The notes under the pieces are model-generated. The model saw nothing but the letters and a program-made list of their open reading frames with translations. It did no database searches and was not told where the DNA came from. From the IMG/VR virus record IMGVR_UViG_3300043418_000072, positions 290,099 through 354,098 of that record: DNA of 64,000 nt; one strand, written 5' to 3'. Shown here piece by piece: positions 34,663 to 44,414 of this stretch. Both the position numbers and the translations under genes were made by a program. The number at the start of each line of letters is the position of its first letter. Positions within the stretch are counted from its first letter, which is position 1.

Positions 34663-34686
34663 AAAAAAGCCCTTACGTATAAGGGC
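34663..34686 (-). terminator. Intrinsic terminator
   Basis: GCCCTTA/TAAGGGC + T6. Confidence 0.8.
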
Positions 34687-34711
34687 ATTATTGCATATTG
34701 TATGCTAAAGG

Positions 34712-35359
34712 TCAACGGCGCATTGTGCCCGTAAAGAATGGATCGTTAATCACAATCTCTCCATCGCTACCTAACATAAAGTTTCCGCTATGCAAATCTA
34801 TTCCATAACCTTTTTTACGTCCGATGTTGGATAATTGCTTAACAGTTTGAGCAAATAACATAAGCTGTTGTTCGCCACCAAGCATAGTAATTAACTTTCC
34901 GGCACGTTCGGGATTACTGTCATTATCAACTTCCCATTTCATAAATCTTTCTATGGCTTGTGCTGGTTTAAAGATTTCAATTCTATCAACTAAATCTGCC
35001 AGCATGTCGCCCAAATCGTCTGGTATCTCAAATAATCGCTCACTCTTGATTTGTAAATACCCTTGGCCGTTGAACTTAAACTTCTGCCATCCCCCAAACT
35101 GTGGCAAGAATGGGTTGGTGGGATTTTCCATACAGAAGTTAGCAAAGTCGATAAAGCTACGTTGCCCTTCAGACATCCCCCTGCTATCAGTTTCGTACCC
35201 AAATATCTTTAAGATAGTACCATCTGGTGCTAGATAAGCGTCTTGATCTTGTCCGTGGCCAAGAAACTGGTACCCTTGTTTGATCATCTCTTTCTTAATA
35301 CCATCGTCCATGCGAGCTTCGTCAACTATAGATTCTGTTATAACTTCATTAATTTTCAT
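34712..35359 (-). CDS. Protein-kinase-like protein
   Basis: LGHGQDQDAY Gly-loop, ILKIF, DLHSGNFM, INDP. Confidence 0.65.
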   Translation of the reverse strand: MKINEVITESIVDEARMDDGIKKEMIKQGYQFLGHGQDQDAYLAPDGTILKIFGYETDSRGMSEGQRSFIDFANFCMENPTNPFLPQFGGWQKFKFNGQGYLQIKSERLFEIPDDLGDMLADLVDRIEIFKPAQAIERFMKWEVDNDSNPERAGKLITMLGGEQQLMLFAQTVKQLSNIGRKKGYGIDLHSGNFMLGSDGEIVINDPFFTGTMRR

Positions 35360-35363
35360 ATGA

Positions 35364-36260
35364 TTAACCAGTCACCCATGTCATTGGAGTACCACCGTCT
35401 TGGAATCGTTTTAGTTCTTCCTCAAGTGCTGCCATTTCTTCTCTAGCTTCGCTAACCAATGCTGCACCGTTTAGAGTGGTGCCGCCCTGTGGGCCAGCAA
35501 TACTTGCAAACTTGCTGTAAGCATGTCCTAGTAACTCTTTAGCAAACGCATAAGCATATTCTTGTAACCACGGCATAACACGGTAGTCGTTTAACAAGTG
35601 CCAGTCTGGTTTGTAGTTGTAGCACCATAGCAAGCAGGACTCTGCATTTTCAAAGTTAGTATCGCCTTGTCCCTGGAATGGAATCTTACGAACAATGGTT
35701 AGCTTTTTAGTAACTGGATTGAATGTAAAGTTCATGAAGCCGCCAAACATCTTCATTGATTGCTTTTGGTAATCAACAAACAACTCGTAACTAGCTAATC
35801 CCCCCACACGCCCTGCTACTAACATGTAAGTGTTTAGGTAACCTGATGCAAATGGTTCAAACTGGCTGGCCGTTGTTCCAGTTACACTACCAATACCACG
35901 GCGGTTAACTTGGCGCACTTCCATAATTTCTTTAGGAAGGATGTATTCTTGTGTTTCTGGCAATAGCTGTAAGAACGCATAGCTTTCTTCAACTGCATTA
36001 CTGCTGCGTTGGCGGTACTTGACCATGGCTTGTTTGATAGCCATTTCGTAGTGTTCTTTTTCAAGTTCTACGTCTACCATACCGTCGCCTAAGCGCATAC
36101 GGATGTAGTCTGTTATTTCCGCACGTTTTGCGTTGGCGCTATCGTAGTCTGCTGAATCATATTGAATATGCCCGCTACCTGTGCCTGTGTTGGATTGGAA
36201 AAGGGTATCTGTTGGTAGATTACCGTTTGCATCGTAGAGTGTTGTGTTTTTAATGGCCAT
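35364..36260 (-). CDS. Neck protein (gp13-like)
   Basis: DYIRMRLGDGMVDVEL; YSKF..I.GPQGG.TLNG. Confidence 0.7.
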   Translation of the reverse strand: MAIKNTTLYDANGNLPTDTLFQSNTGTGSGHIQYDSADYDSANAKRAEITDYIRMRLGDGMVDVELEKEHYEMAIKQAMVKYRQRSSNAVEESYAFLQLLPETQEYILPKEIMEVRQVNRRGIGSVTGTTASQFEPFASGYLNTYMLVAGRVGGLASYELFVDYQKQSMKMFGGFMNFTFNPVTKKLTIVRKIPFQGQGDTNFENAESCLLWCYNYKPDWHLLNDYRVMPWLQEYAYAFAKELLGHAYSKFASIAGPQGGTTLNGAALVSEAREEMAALEEELKRFQDGGTPMTWVTG

Positions 36261-36309
36261 AGAAAAGTCCTGTTACCAGTATTTATTACCGATAGACAGG
36301 ACTTGTGGC

Positions 36310-37476
36310 TTACTGAACGCGGAGCAATACTACGTCTGCACTAATGCGGCCGTTTAGCTTGGTCTCTGTTGCTTTGATATCGTCCAAGAACTTGCGTAAC
36401 TGGATTTTACCTGCTTTAGCAAACTCTTTCAGCTTTTCGTCCGGTTTACGTAGAGTCTTACTTGTGCTTTTGTCTGTGTCGAAGCCTTCAATGCTAGTAC
36501 CTTTGATGCTGAGCTGCTTATATGCAGCGGCCACGTATTTGCCCAGCTTCCGAGTCTTAATGTTATAGACCCAGAGCTCGCCTGCTCCGATAATGTCCGC
36601 AGGATTGATAGAAACAATTTTAAGTGCAGCATCTGCTTTGGCATACTTGAGCTTTGCCACCAACTTTTCTTTGCTCGGGGCTTTCTTAACTCGAGCCTTT
36701 TTAGTTGCTTTCTTGACCCCGCGGTATTGGTCAACAGCTGAGAGCAAGTCATCGATCCAGCCAATAATTCGTTTGAAATCAGCGGCTTTAAGATGGCTAT
36801 AGCCTTCTCGTACTTGGTCATCTGTTTTAGACTGTGCGAGTAATAGTTCGTCCTTGCGCTTGCGAAATAGTCCTTCATACTTTCCTAACTGGCTTTGTAC
36901 TACGTTGTTAGCAACCAAGAAGTCATACAACTTGGAAGGGTTTTTAACTCCTGTTGCAATATCATCAAAGATGCCCTCAAGCTCTCCGATAATTTCGCTG
37001 GTCTTTTCGTTGAGGCGATCCTGGATAGTTGGCACGTATGCTTTAGGTTTGTCTCCCTCCGCAGTCTCTACAACTTCCGGCTCAGCTTGGTCAATGACAG
37101 CTTGTACGCTATCAATAATAAACTCAATGTGGCGTCCACGGAACGGCATACCTTGACGATGTGCCATAATCAAGCTGCACACTGTCATTGGTAGCAAACG
37201 GTCGCCTGCGCGGTTAAACGCACGGATTTCTTCTGCCGTTAGCTTGCTGTTCTTTTGCAGCCACTCGACTACATACTTCTTACAGTCTTTTTGACTGTAG
37301 TAGTAATTGTAGTAATAGAAACTCTTACGCAGAAGGTTATCAAACTTGTCTCCATCCCATTCTGCGGATTCAGCTGGCCACTCAGGCTCAGGCCCTGTGT
37401 ACTTTTCATCAGCAAATGCGATGCGCTGTGCCCGCGGTGCTTTAACTTTAATCTTGATGCCAGCTACTGTTGCCAT
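36310..37476 (-). CDS. Hypothetical protein
   Basis: Start reassigned to MATVAG; C-terminal LRKPDE...LNGRIS. Confidence 0.7.
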   Translation of the reverse strand: MATVAGIKIKVKAPRAQRIAFADEKYTGPEPEWPAESAEWDGDKFDNLLRKSFYYYNYYYSQKDCKKYVVEWLQKNSKLTAEEIRAFNRAGDRLLPMTVCSLIMAHRQGMPFRGRHIEFIIDSVQAVIDQAEPEVVETAEGDKPKAYVPTIQDRLNEKTSEIIGELEGIFDDIATGVKNPSKLYDFLVANNVVQSQLGKYEGLFRKRKDELLLAQSKTDDQVREGYSHLKAADFKRIIGWIDDLLSAVDQYRGVKKATKKARVKKAPSKEKLVAKLKYAKADAALKIVSINPADIIGAGELWVYNIKTRKLGKYVAAAYKQLSIKGTSIEGFDTDKSTSKTLRKPDEKLKEFAKAGKIQLRKFLDDIKATETKLNGRISADVVLLRVQ

Positions 37477-37486
37477 GTCTTTTTCC

Positions 37487-37714
37487 TTAACGTCGTTTCG
37501 GTGCGCCAATGCGCGATGCTTTGTTCCAATCGTATGCAATGCCATCTGGGCACTTGCCATCCGCAACTGTGTCTACCCCAAACACACCACATACTTCAAA
37601 CTCCGGACCTTTGATTGTTACAAAGAATCCCACTGCCTTTGCAGCTTGCATAGCAGAGTCTAAGGTTTCAAACCCATCCAACTCTGTTCCTGCTTTGTTT
37701 ATTAATTTATACAT
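37487..37714 (-). CDS. Hypothetical protein
   Basis: 75-aa ORF. Confidence 0.65.
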   Translation of the reverse strand: MYKLINKAGTELDGFETLDSAMQAAKAVGFFVTIKGPEFEVCGVFGVDTVADGKCPDGIAYDWNKASRIGAPKRR

Positions 37715-38146
37715 TTATTCCTCAATGGCTCTGCGAACCAAAATTTCTTGTTTAGAAAATGCGTCCAACTCCCAGGGCTGGTTCAAATAAGTTACTGACT
37801 TATTATAACGCTTTCCCATCCACATACGTGCATTGTTGGGCAAAAATTTCATCATACCTTTAGCAAGCTGGCGCACATGCACCATTTCGTGTGCTAGTGT
37901 AGTTGCCAAGTCGATCAGCTTAACTTTGTTGATACGTTTCTTTGGGGGCTTGATTAGCACAAGATAGCAGTCTGCAAACTCCATAAACAGGGTTGCGCCT
38001 TCCATACCATCTGGGGTATCTGCTGTTACTTTAACAAGTAATGCTTTTGTGCTATTCTGCAAGCCCAGTTGCTTGATAAAAGATGGCATCAAACTTTCCA
38101 AAAACTTTTGGGTCGTTTTGCTGTTTGACTCTACTTTGTATTCCAT
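37715..38146 (-). CDS. HExxH metallopeptidase-like protein
   Basis: LAHEMVHVRQ...PWELDA. Confidence 0.7.
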   Translation of the reverse strand: MEYKVESNSKTTQKFLESLMPSFIKQLGLQNSTKALLVKVTADTPDGMEGATLFMEFADCYLVLIKPPKKRINKVKLIDLATTLAHEMVHVRQLAKGMMKFLPNNARMWMGKRYNKSVTYLNQPWELDAFSKQEILVRRAIEE

Positions 38147-38152
38147 AACTGT

Positions 38153-38181
38153 ATTATAGCAGCAAAACCATTTTAGGTCAA
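38153..38181 (-). promoter_or_regulatory. Sigma70-type promoter (leaderless transcript)
   Basis: TTGACC-N17-TATAAT, ATG 6 nt downstream. Confidence 0.8.
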
Positions 38182-38182
38182 G

Positions 38183-38446
38183 TTAGTACAAAAGTGCAGC
38201 CATAATTTGCCAATGCTCAAAGTTTTTGCAATGCTCAGCAAACTGCACTTCTAGTTCTGTGTACTTTGATGTTACACGCCCGCGGCGCCTGCACTCAATC
38301 ATTTCATTGTCTAGTGCAACCCAAGTTAGGCGTAGATTGTTGTAAAACTTCCACAGTGCGCTTTTAGCAACAATATCTTTGGTATTTTGCAATACAACTA
38401 GACATGCGTCTAGCTCGTTGTGATGTGCTTGGTGTTTGGCTTGCAT
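38183..38446 (-). CDS. Hypothetical protein
   Basis: Start reassigned to MQAKH, 6 nt after the -10 box. Confidence 0.65.
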   Translation of the reverse strand: MQAKHQAHHNELDACLVVLQNTKDIVAKSALWKFYNNLRLTWVALDNEMIECRRRGRVTSKYTELEVQFAEHCKNFEHWQIMAALLY

Positions 38447-38452
38447 AGGGCT

Positions 38453-38481
38453 ATTATACAACAAAATGGTTAATGAGTCAA
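38453..38481 (-). promoter_or_regulatory. Sigma70-type promoter (leaderless transcript)
   Basis: TTGACT-N17-TATAAT. Confidence 0.8.
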
Positions 38482-38509
38482 ACCATAAATACTACATTGA
38501 GGAAATAGC

Positions 38510-39607
38510 ATGGCACGTTTAAGTCTTTGGAAAGACGGTAAGCATACAAATGATTACAAGTTCTTAGATCGCAGAATTAGCGAAATGTACACCATTGGCG
38601 GAACAGGCGTGTTGCTGCACAAATATTTGGGACCAACTGAACAAACTGGTAGCACTGATGCTACTAAGCCTGTTTACACTAACCAAAGTGAAATGAATAT
38701 CCAAGACTTGTTGTTCTTGGAAAATAGGGATCGCAAATATGATACCAGCGTATACAACATGCGCGGGCAGTATCAAGTAGCAGATAACAGTTTTGACTTG
38801 AGCCAATTTGGTTTGTTCTTGCAAACTGGCACACTGTTTATGACGTTCCACTTAAACGACATGATTGATAACATCGGGCGCAAAATCATGAACGGCGACG
38901 TTCTTGAACTTATGCACTTGATGGACTATAACAGTTTGGATCAAAGTACTCCTGTTGCACTAAAGCGTTTTTATGTTTGTAGTGATGCACAATTTGGCAG
39001 CGAAGGGTTTACCCCAACTTGGTGGCCACACATTTGGCGTGTTAAGTTGAACCCTCTGACTGATAGTCAAGAGTACAAAGATATTCTTAAGAATATCCCA
39101 GGCGGGACAAACACCACTACACCAGTGGGAGACATTTTGAGTACTATCCAGAAATATCAAAACATCAATGACGCTATTATTGCTCAAGCTGAGTCTGACG
39201 TACCAGCTTCGGGATATGATACTAGCGGCATTTATATTCAATCCAACACCCCGCCAGATGTTGCTAGCAATACTCCAACAGACAAAGTACACGGTTACTT
39301 GACTGGTGACGGGCTAGCGCCAAATGGCATTGCTGTTGCTGCCGGAATTGCATTTCCTGGTACTCCAGACGAAGGTGATTATTACTTGCGTCTGGACTAT
39401 GTACCTAATAGACTGTTTAGATTCGATGGCAGTCGTTGGGTTAAAATTGAGGATGCAGTTCGTACCAACTTAACCAATGGTCCAGAGAATCACACTCTTC
39501 GTAGCAGCTTTGTTAACGACACTAGTACCTACACTGACCACAGCGGCGGTACGCACACTACATTGCAGGGTCTAAGTAAGATCCTTAAACCAACGGCAGA
39601 TAATTAA
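38510..39607 (+). CDS. Neck / head-closure protein (gp14-like)
   Basis: DLLFLENRDRKY; FDLSQFGLF; context next to gp15-like gene. Confidence 0.65.
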   Translation: MARLSLWKDGKHTNDYKFLDRRISEMYTIGGTGVLLHKYLGPTEQTGSTDATKPVYTNQSEMNIQDLLFLENRDRKYDTSVYNMRGQYQVADNSFDLSQFGLFLQTGTLFMTFHLNDMIDNIGRKIMNGDVLELMHLMDYNSLDQSTPVALKRFYVCSDAQFGSEGFTPTWWPHIWRVKLNPLTDSQEYKDILKNIPGGTNTTTPVGDILSTIQKYQNINDAIIAQAESDVPASGYDTSGIYIQSNTPPDVASNTPTDKVHGYLTGDGLAPNGIAVAAGIAFPGTPDEGDYYLRLDYVPNRLFRFDGSRWVKIEDAVRTNLTNGPENHTLRSSFVNDTSTYTDHSGGTHTTLQGLSKILKPTADN

Positions 39608-39666
39608 TGTACATCTACAAGTTTACGCATATTGCCAATCGTAAAAAATCAAAAGGGAATACATAA
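39607..39666 (+). pseudogene. 19-codon remnant resembling a GIY-YIG N-terminus (MYIYKFTHIANRKKSKGNT)
   Basis: Fills gap with TAATG overlaps at both ends. Confidence 0.45.
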
Positions 39667-41042
39667 TGGCACAGGCCTATTTTTATGACGGGCAGATCCG
39701 TCGATTCGTAACACAGTTCATCCGCATGATGAGCAACTTCCAGGTGGAGTTTGGCAAGGACCGCAACGGTGCCATTGCGCTACAACGTGTGCCTGTTGTA
39801 TACGGAGATGTTAGCAGACAAGCCGCAATGATTCTACGCAACAATAGTGAGAACAGTTTAAACGCTGTGCCCGCAATGGCTGTTTATATTAATGGACTGC
39901 AATACGATCAGTCTCGTATGCAAGAGCCGTTCTTTGTTAGCAAACTAAACTTACGACAAAAGAGTTATGATCCAATGACAGGCGAATATGGTACTACCCA
40001 AGACAGTGCGTACACTGTTGAGCGTATGATGCCTGTGCCCTATAAGCTAACATTGAAGTTGGATATCTGGACTAGTAATACTGAGCAGAAGCTGCAACTA
40101 GTTGAGCAAATTGGTGTGCTGTTCAACCCTAGCATGGAAATTCAAAGCACAGACAACTATATCGACTGGACTAGCTTAACCGTGGTTACTCGTACCGACC
40201 TAAGCTGGTCGAGCCGAAGTGTACCAACAGGTGGCGAAGAACCAATTGATATTTGCACAATGACTTTTGAGATTCCAATTTGGATCAGCGGTCCTGCAAA
40301 AGTCAAACAACTTGGGGTTGTACAAAAGATTATCACTAGCATTTTTGATGCCAATGGTAACTTAGACGAGAACGCCATGGCTGAAAGTAATTTGTTAGCA
40401 CGTAAAATGCTAACTCCGCTGCACTATAGCGTACTGTTTACCGGCAATACTCTAAAGCTACTAAAGAAGAATGAAATGTCTAATGCAGACGGCACAGATA
40501 AGATCGGCACTGCTGATTTTTGGAAGCCACTGATTGGCATGTACGGTAGTCTCAAAGATGGTGCAAGTCAAGTTCGTTTACAGTTAGCAGTAGCATACGA
40601 CGAAATTGACGGAGTAACTGCAACCACTGAACTAGTGGGCACCATTGCTTATCATCCAACAGATGATACCTTATTGTTGTTTACGCTAGACACAGACACT
40701 GCGCCAGCTAACACTTTGGACCCAATTGACGCTATCATTGACCCACGAAATGTTAACGTAGATGACAACAATTTATTAACACCAACTGCGGGCACACGAT
40801 ATCTTATCTTAGATGGAATTGGCACTGGCACCGCAGTATGGGGCAACTTAACTGCAAACGCAAACGATATCATTGAGTTTAACGGAACCAATTGGACCGT
40901 AAGTCTTGACAGCACTGATCACTCTACGTTAGAATACGTTACTAACTTAACCACTGGTGTTCAATATAAATGGCTTGCAGGTAACTGGACCAAGAGCATC
41001 GACGGTGTATATCACGAAGGCGAATGGTCAATCATACTGTAG
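39666..41042 (+). CDS. Tail terminator / completion protein (gp15-like) with C-terminal extension
   Basis: YFYDGQIRR; PVPYKL...IW; EQIGVLFNP. Confidence 0.7.
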   Translation: MAQAYFYDGQIRRFVTQFIRMMSNFQVEFGKDRNGAIALQRVPVVYGDVSRQAAMILRNNSENSLNAVPAMAVYINGLQYDQSRMQEPFFVSKLNLRQKSYDPMTGEYGTTQDSAYTVERMMPVPYKLTLKLDIWTSNTEQKLQLVEQIGVLFNPSMEIQSTDNYIDWTSLTVVTRTDLSWSSRSVPTGGEEPIDICTMTFEIPIWISGPAKVKQLGVVQKIITSIFDANGNLDENAMAESNLLARKMLTPLHYSVLFTGNTLKLLKKNEMSNADGTDKIGTADFWKPLIGMYGSLKDGASQVRLQLAVAYDEIDGVTATTELVGTIAYHPTDDTLLLFTLDTDTAPANTLDPIDAIIDPRNVNVDDNNLLTPTAGTRYLILDGIGTGTAVWGNLTANANDIIEFNGTNWTVSLDSTDHSTLEYVTNLTTGVQYKWLAGNWTKSIDGVYHEGEWSIIL

Positions 41043-41446
41043 GCGTAGGAGCTTTATTCTACAGCCAGAAAACAAAACGTTATTTGTTTGTGTTACGCAA
41101 CGGACACAAGCATAATGGCCATTGGGGACTAGTTGGCGGTAAGGTTGAAAAAGACGAAACTGCTATCCAAGCACTAGGTAGAGAAATCATCGAAGAGATT
41201 GGTCCAGTTGAATCAAACAAGATCATTCCCTTAGAACACTTTACTAGTGATAACGCTAACTTTGAATATCACACATATCTGGTTACAGTAGAGCGTGAAT
41301 TTGTGCCTGAACTAAATCACGAACATAGAGGGTATGCTTGGACCAGCATTGAGGATCATCCTAAGCCACTGCATCCGGGTGTGTGGCGCACATTTAATTT
41401 CCAAAGCGTGTTGGAAAAGATCAAAACACTAGAGAGTATCTTATAA
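41024..41446 (+). CDS. NUDIX hydrolase
   Basis: GGKVEKDETAIQALGREIIEEIG Nudix box. Confidence 0.9.
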   Translation: MVNHTVGVGALFYSQKTKRYLFVLRNGHKHNGHWGLVGGKVEKDETAIQALGREIIEEIGPVESNKIIPLEHFTSDNANFEYHTYLVTVEREFVPELNHEHRGYAWTSIEDHPKPLHPGVWRTFNFQSVLEKIKTLESIL

Positions 41447-42178
41447 ATCTACTTCGTTTACAAATTGGTTAAAATCAATTTGACGTAAGTTAGGTGCCCA
41501 CTTCCATTCTTCAGGAAGCCTAAACGAGTCAGTTGGCTTAACTCGTACAAAATCAACATCAGGGTAGGTGTTAAATACTTGCAACATTGTCTGAACATAG
41601 AACGCCTCGTTGTATCCATCTTTTAATTCTGGATATCCATTGGTATCTTGGTACAGGTTGTAGCTATGCGTTGGAGTATCTACTCCGTCAAATCCCACTA
41701 AGTAGACTTTAGCGTGTCCGTCAAAGCAGGCCATGTATGCCGCCATCGCGCCGCTGTTCCAACATGGGTCTTGCGGAATATAGTATAGGCGGGTTGGATC
41801 TGCACTAACGTAAGATCTATTTGCATAGACAATATTAGCTGCTGTGTAGTTGCTATCCATTACTTCATTGAGAATTTCAGGTCTAGTAACAACCAAGAAA
41901 TTTGGACGGAAGTCTCTATGCAGTGCATTACAACCGTATGTTTGCAAAGCGCCTAATGCTGGTACGCCGTTTTTGTGATGCTTAATAGCTTCAAGGTTAA
42001 ACTTGCGGCGACTTTCTCCATTGCCAATTACTAGTGCCTTTGTCCCATACTGCGATGCAGTTTGACTAGGAGGAATTGTAATCTGCTCGGAGGTCCATGC
42101 TCCACTAGTTAGATCGCGAGTATCGTTAACTCGCTCTCCAATGTAGGTGCTACGGTATAATGGTTGTATTGTCTTCAT
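41441..42178 (-). CDS. Hypothetical protein (MptE/DUF115-like fold)
   Basis: VIGNGESR, YGCNA, NSG..A, YLVGFD. Confidence 0.55.
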   Translation of the reverse strand: MKTIQPLYRSTYIGERVNDTRDLTSGAWTSEQITIPPSQTASQYGTKALVIGNGESRRKFNLEAIKHHKNGVPALGALQTYGCNALHRDFRPNFLVVTRPEILNEVMDSNYTAANIVYANRSYVSADPTRLYYIPQDPCWNSGAMAAYMACFDGHAKVYLVGFDGVDTPTHSYNLYQDTNGYPELKDGYNEAFYVQTMLQVFNTYPDVDFVRVKPTDSFRLPEEWKWAPNLRQIDFNQFVNEVDL

Positions 42179-42193
42179 ACCGTATTTATTGCT

Positions 42194-43816
42194 TTACTTG
42201 CTATAGAAGTTATCGTACAAGAATTGGTAGTGAGTAGGCAATGTCTCAATATGTGCCATTACTTCTTCTTTGTGCTCTAGCCACTTATCGTAGATTGTGG
42301 CTCGAAGTTCAGGCGACTCGTGACGTCTCACATCCTCATATCTTATATAATTTGGCTCCACGGGATTGTATCCCTGCCCTGCTGCAATATACAAAATCCC
42401 GCCCATGTTGTTATCAAATGTTCGAGTGCGGTGCATACGCATACCCAAGTCAGATGCAGATCGTACATCGTGTGCCAATCCAGACAAGTTAATAGTCCCG
42501 CCCATCGCTCGTGAATACGTTAAATCGCCTGTAACTTCTTTCCAGTACGGAGTATCGTTACGACAGCTTAGTGCATAGTGCTGACTAATAAAGTCTTTGA
42601 ATCCTAGAATCTGTTCTTGGAATCCATAGTTAAACAAATCAACATCGTAGTTACTAACAATGCCGTTACGCATTAACAGAGTATTGCATAATTTAACAAT
42701 GCCTTCGTGTGTTAGCATCAGTCCTGTACTTTCCAGTGGCTCAATGAAGCCATTAGCAAGACCGATGCCCACTACGTTTTTAACCCATGCACGCTCATGA
42801 ACACCGTGCTTGATCTTAATGTGTCGCACTTCGCATGATTCTGCTCGCTCTGCGTCCGGAAACATCATGCGATTGCTCTTTAGATGTTTGCGAAACTGCG
42901 CTTCTGCTTCTTCTTCAGTGGCATGTTTGCTGCTGTACACATAGCCTGTGCCGATGCGATTCCATAGCGGAATGTTCCATACCCATCCGCACTCAATAGC
43001 AGTGCATGATGTATAGTTTTCCATTTCTGCTTCTTTGTCAATATACGGAATGACTGTAGCAATCGCTCTGTCATTTAACAGTGTGTCATGGAAGCTAGTG
43101 AATGGCTCTTTGAGAGTTTGCTCTAATAGCAGACTCTTAAATCCAGTGCAATCAATAAACAAGTCTGCTTCTAGATATCCACTGTTCTCTGTCCCAATTT
43201 TTTCAATTGATCCATCTTCTCTCTGCACAACATCAGTTACTGTATCTAGTAAGTGCGTCATCCCACTCGGCAAGCACAGATTATCTCTAAGCCATGCGCC
43301 AAATAAGGTGGCATCCATGTGATATGCTGTGTCTTCACTAAAATTAAACCCACGAATTTTGTAATCCTCGTTTCGTGTCATTTTATTCTTATCCGTCATT
43401 AATATGCTGTCGTGATAAAACTCTGCAAAGTTGCTGGGATCAAGATTACCACGGTCGGCTGCTGCTAGGAACCATTCCATTGGGCCGCGAGGTTTATCTG
43501 TGAAATCTAAGATGCCAAAAGGATAATGAAACTTGTGCGGCTCCTCCTTTGGGTTTTCTCTAAAGTCAATGAACTTGATACTGGTCTTATATGTTGCATT
43601 ACATGCTGCCATCCAGTCTTCGTCCTTAATGCCAATTAATGCCAGATATTGATTAATATGTCCGATGGTACTTTCGCCCACACCAATGATAGGAATGTTA
43701 GGACTCTCAATGAGAGTTAGCTTAATGTTAGGTAGAAGCCTGGCTATTGCCGCCGCTGTCATCCATCCACTTGATCCACCGCCCACGATGGTAATTGATT
43801 TTACGTTATGGTGCAT
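42194..43816 (-). CDS. Tryptophan halogenase-family flavoprotein
   Basis: GGGSSGW, IGVGEST, FIDCTGF, GWVWNIP (WxWxIP), FIEPLESTG. Confidence 0.92.
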   Translation of the reverse strand: MHHNVKSITIVGGGSSGWMTAAAIARLLPNIKLTLIESPNIPIIGVGESTIGHINQYLALIGIKDEDWMAACNATYKTSIKFIDFRENPKEEPHKFHYPFGILDFTDKPRGPMEWFLAAADRGNLDPSNFAEFYHDSILMTDKNKMTRNEDYKIRGFNFSEDTAYHMDATLFGAWLRDNLCLPSGMTHLLDTVTDVVQREDGSIEKIGTENSGYLEADLFIDCTGFKSLLLEQTLKEPFTSFHDTLLNDRAIATVIPYIDKEAEMENYTSCTAIECGWVWNIPLWNRIGTGYVYSSKHATEEEAEAQFRKHLKSNRMMFPDAERAESCEVRHIKIKHGVHERAWVKNVVGIGLANGFIEPLESTGLMLTHEGIVKLCNTLLMRNGIVSNYDVDLFNYGFQEQILGFKDFISQHYALSCRNDTPYWKEVTGDLTYSRAMGGTINLSGLAHDVRSASDLGMRMHRTRTFDNNMGGILYIAAGQGYNPVEPNYIRYEDVRRHESPELRATIYDKWLEHKEEVMAHIETLPTHYQFLYDNFYSK

Positions 43817-43817
43817 T

Positions 43818-44414
43818 TTATCTCGCTATGTAGTTTATTGTGATTACTAATCGTCTGTCATGCTCTGCTGGCTTAGTGCTTGCATGGAATCTAAGACCAT
43901 CAAATACGCAAACACGACCTTTCTTTGGACTGCAACGTTGGGCTACAGTAAATTTATTGTTTGCCACAAAATCATAAAGTGCCTGCTCAGTGATATTTGA
44001 TTCTTGTATTTCTGCAAGTGTTTGGTCAAATATCACTGTGTCTCCGTCGCTATCACTGATGTAGTAACATGCAGTATAGTGTGGCATTGTGAAGTCCACG
44101 TGCGGAGTATTATGATCATATCCTTCTTTGAGTGTTTGACTTAGATATCCAATTCTAATGCGTAACAGTTGCTCGATAGTGTGACCTGCTGCTTCAGTGA
44201 TTGCATATACAATTGGCTTAATGAACGGAAACCACTCGCTTGGATTTGCGCCAAGGTCATACGCAAGATGTACCATGCCAGAATTATTGCCGTAGCTCTT
44301 GTTAGTGACATCATTGATGTAGTGCCACGGAAATGGGGTACTGGTTACATCAAATTCAATTTGATCTGCATACCCTTGTGGGATTATTTTATCAAAGATC
44401 TGTATGTCAGACAT
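43818..44414 (-). CDS. 2OG-Fe(II) oxygenase
   Basis: PHVD...FHAS...R..ITIN. Confidence 0.8.
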   Translation of the reverse strand: MSDIQIFDKIIPQGYADQIEFDVTSTPFPWHYINDVTNKSYGNNSGMVHLAYDLGANPSEWFPFIKPIVYAITEAAGHTIEQLLRIRIGYLSQTLKEGYDHNTPHVDFTMPHYTACYYISDSDGDTVIFDQTLAEIQESNITEQALYDFVANNKFTVAQRCSPKKGRVCVFDGLRFHASTKPAEHDRRLVITINYIAR

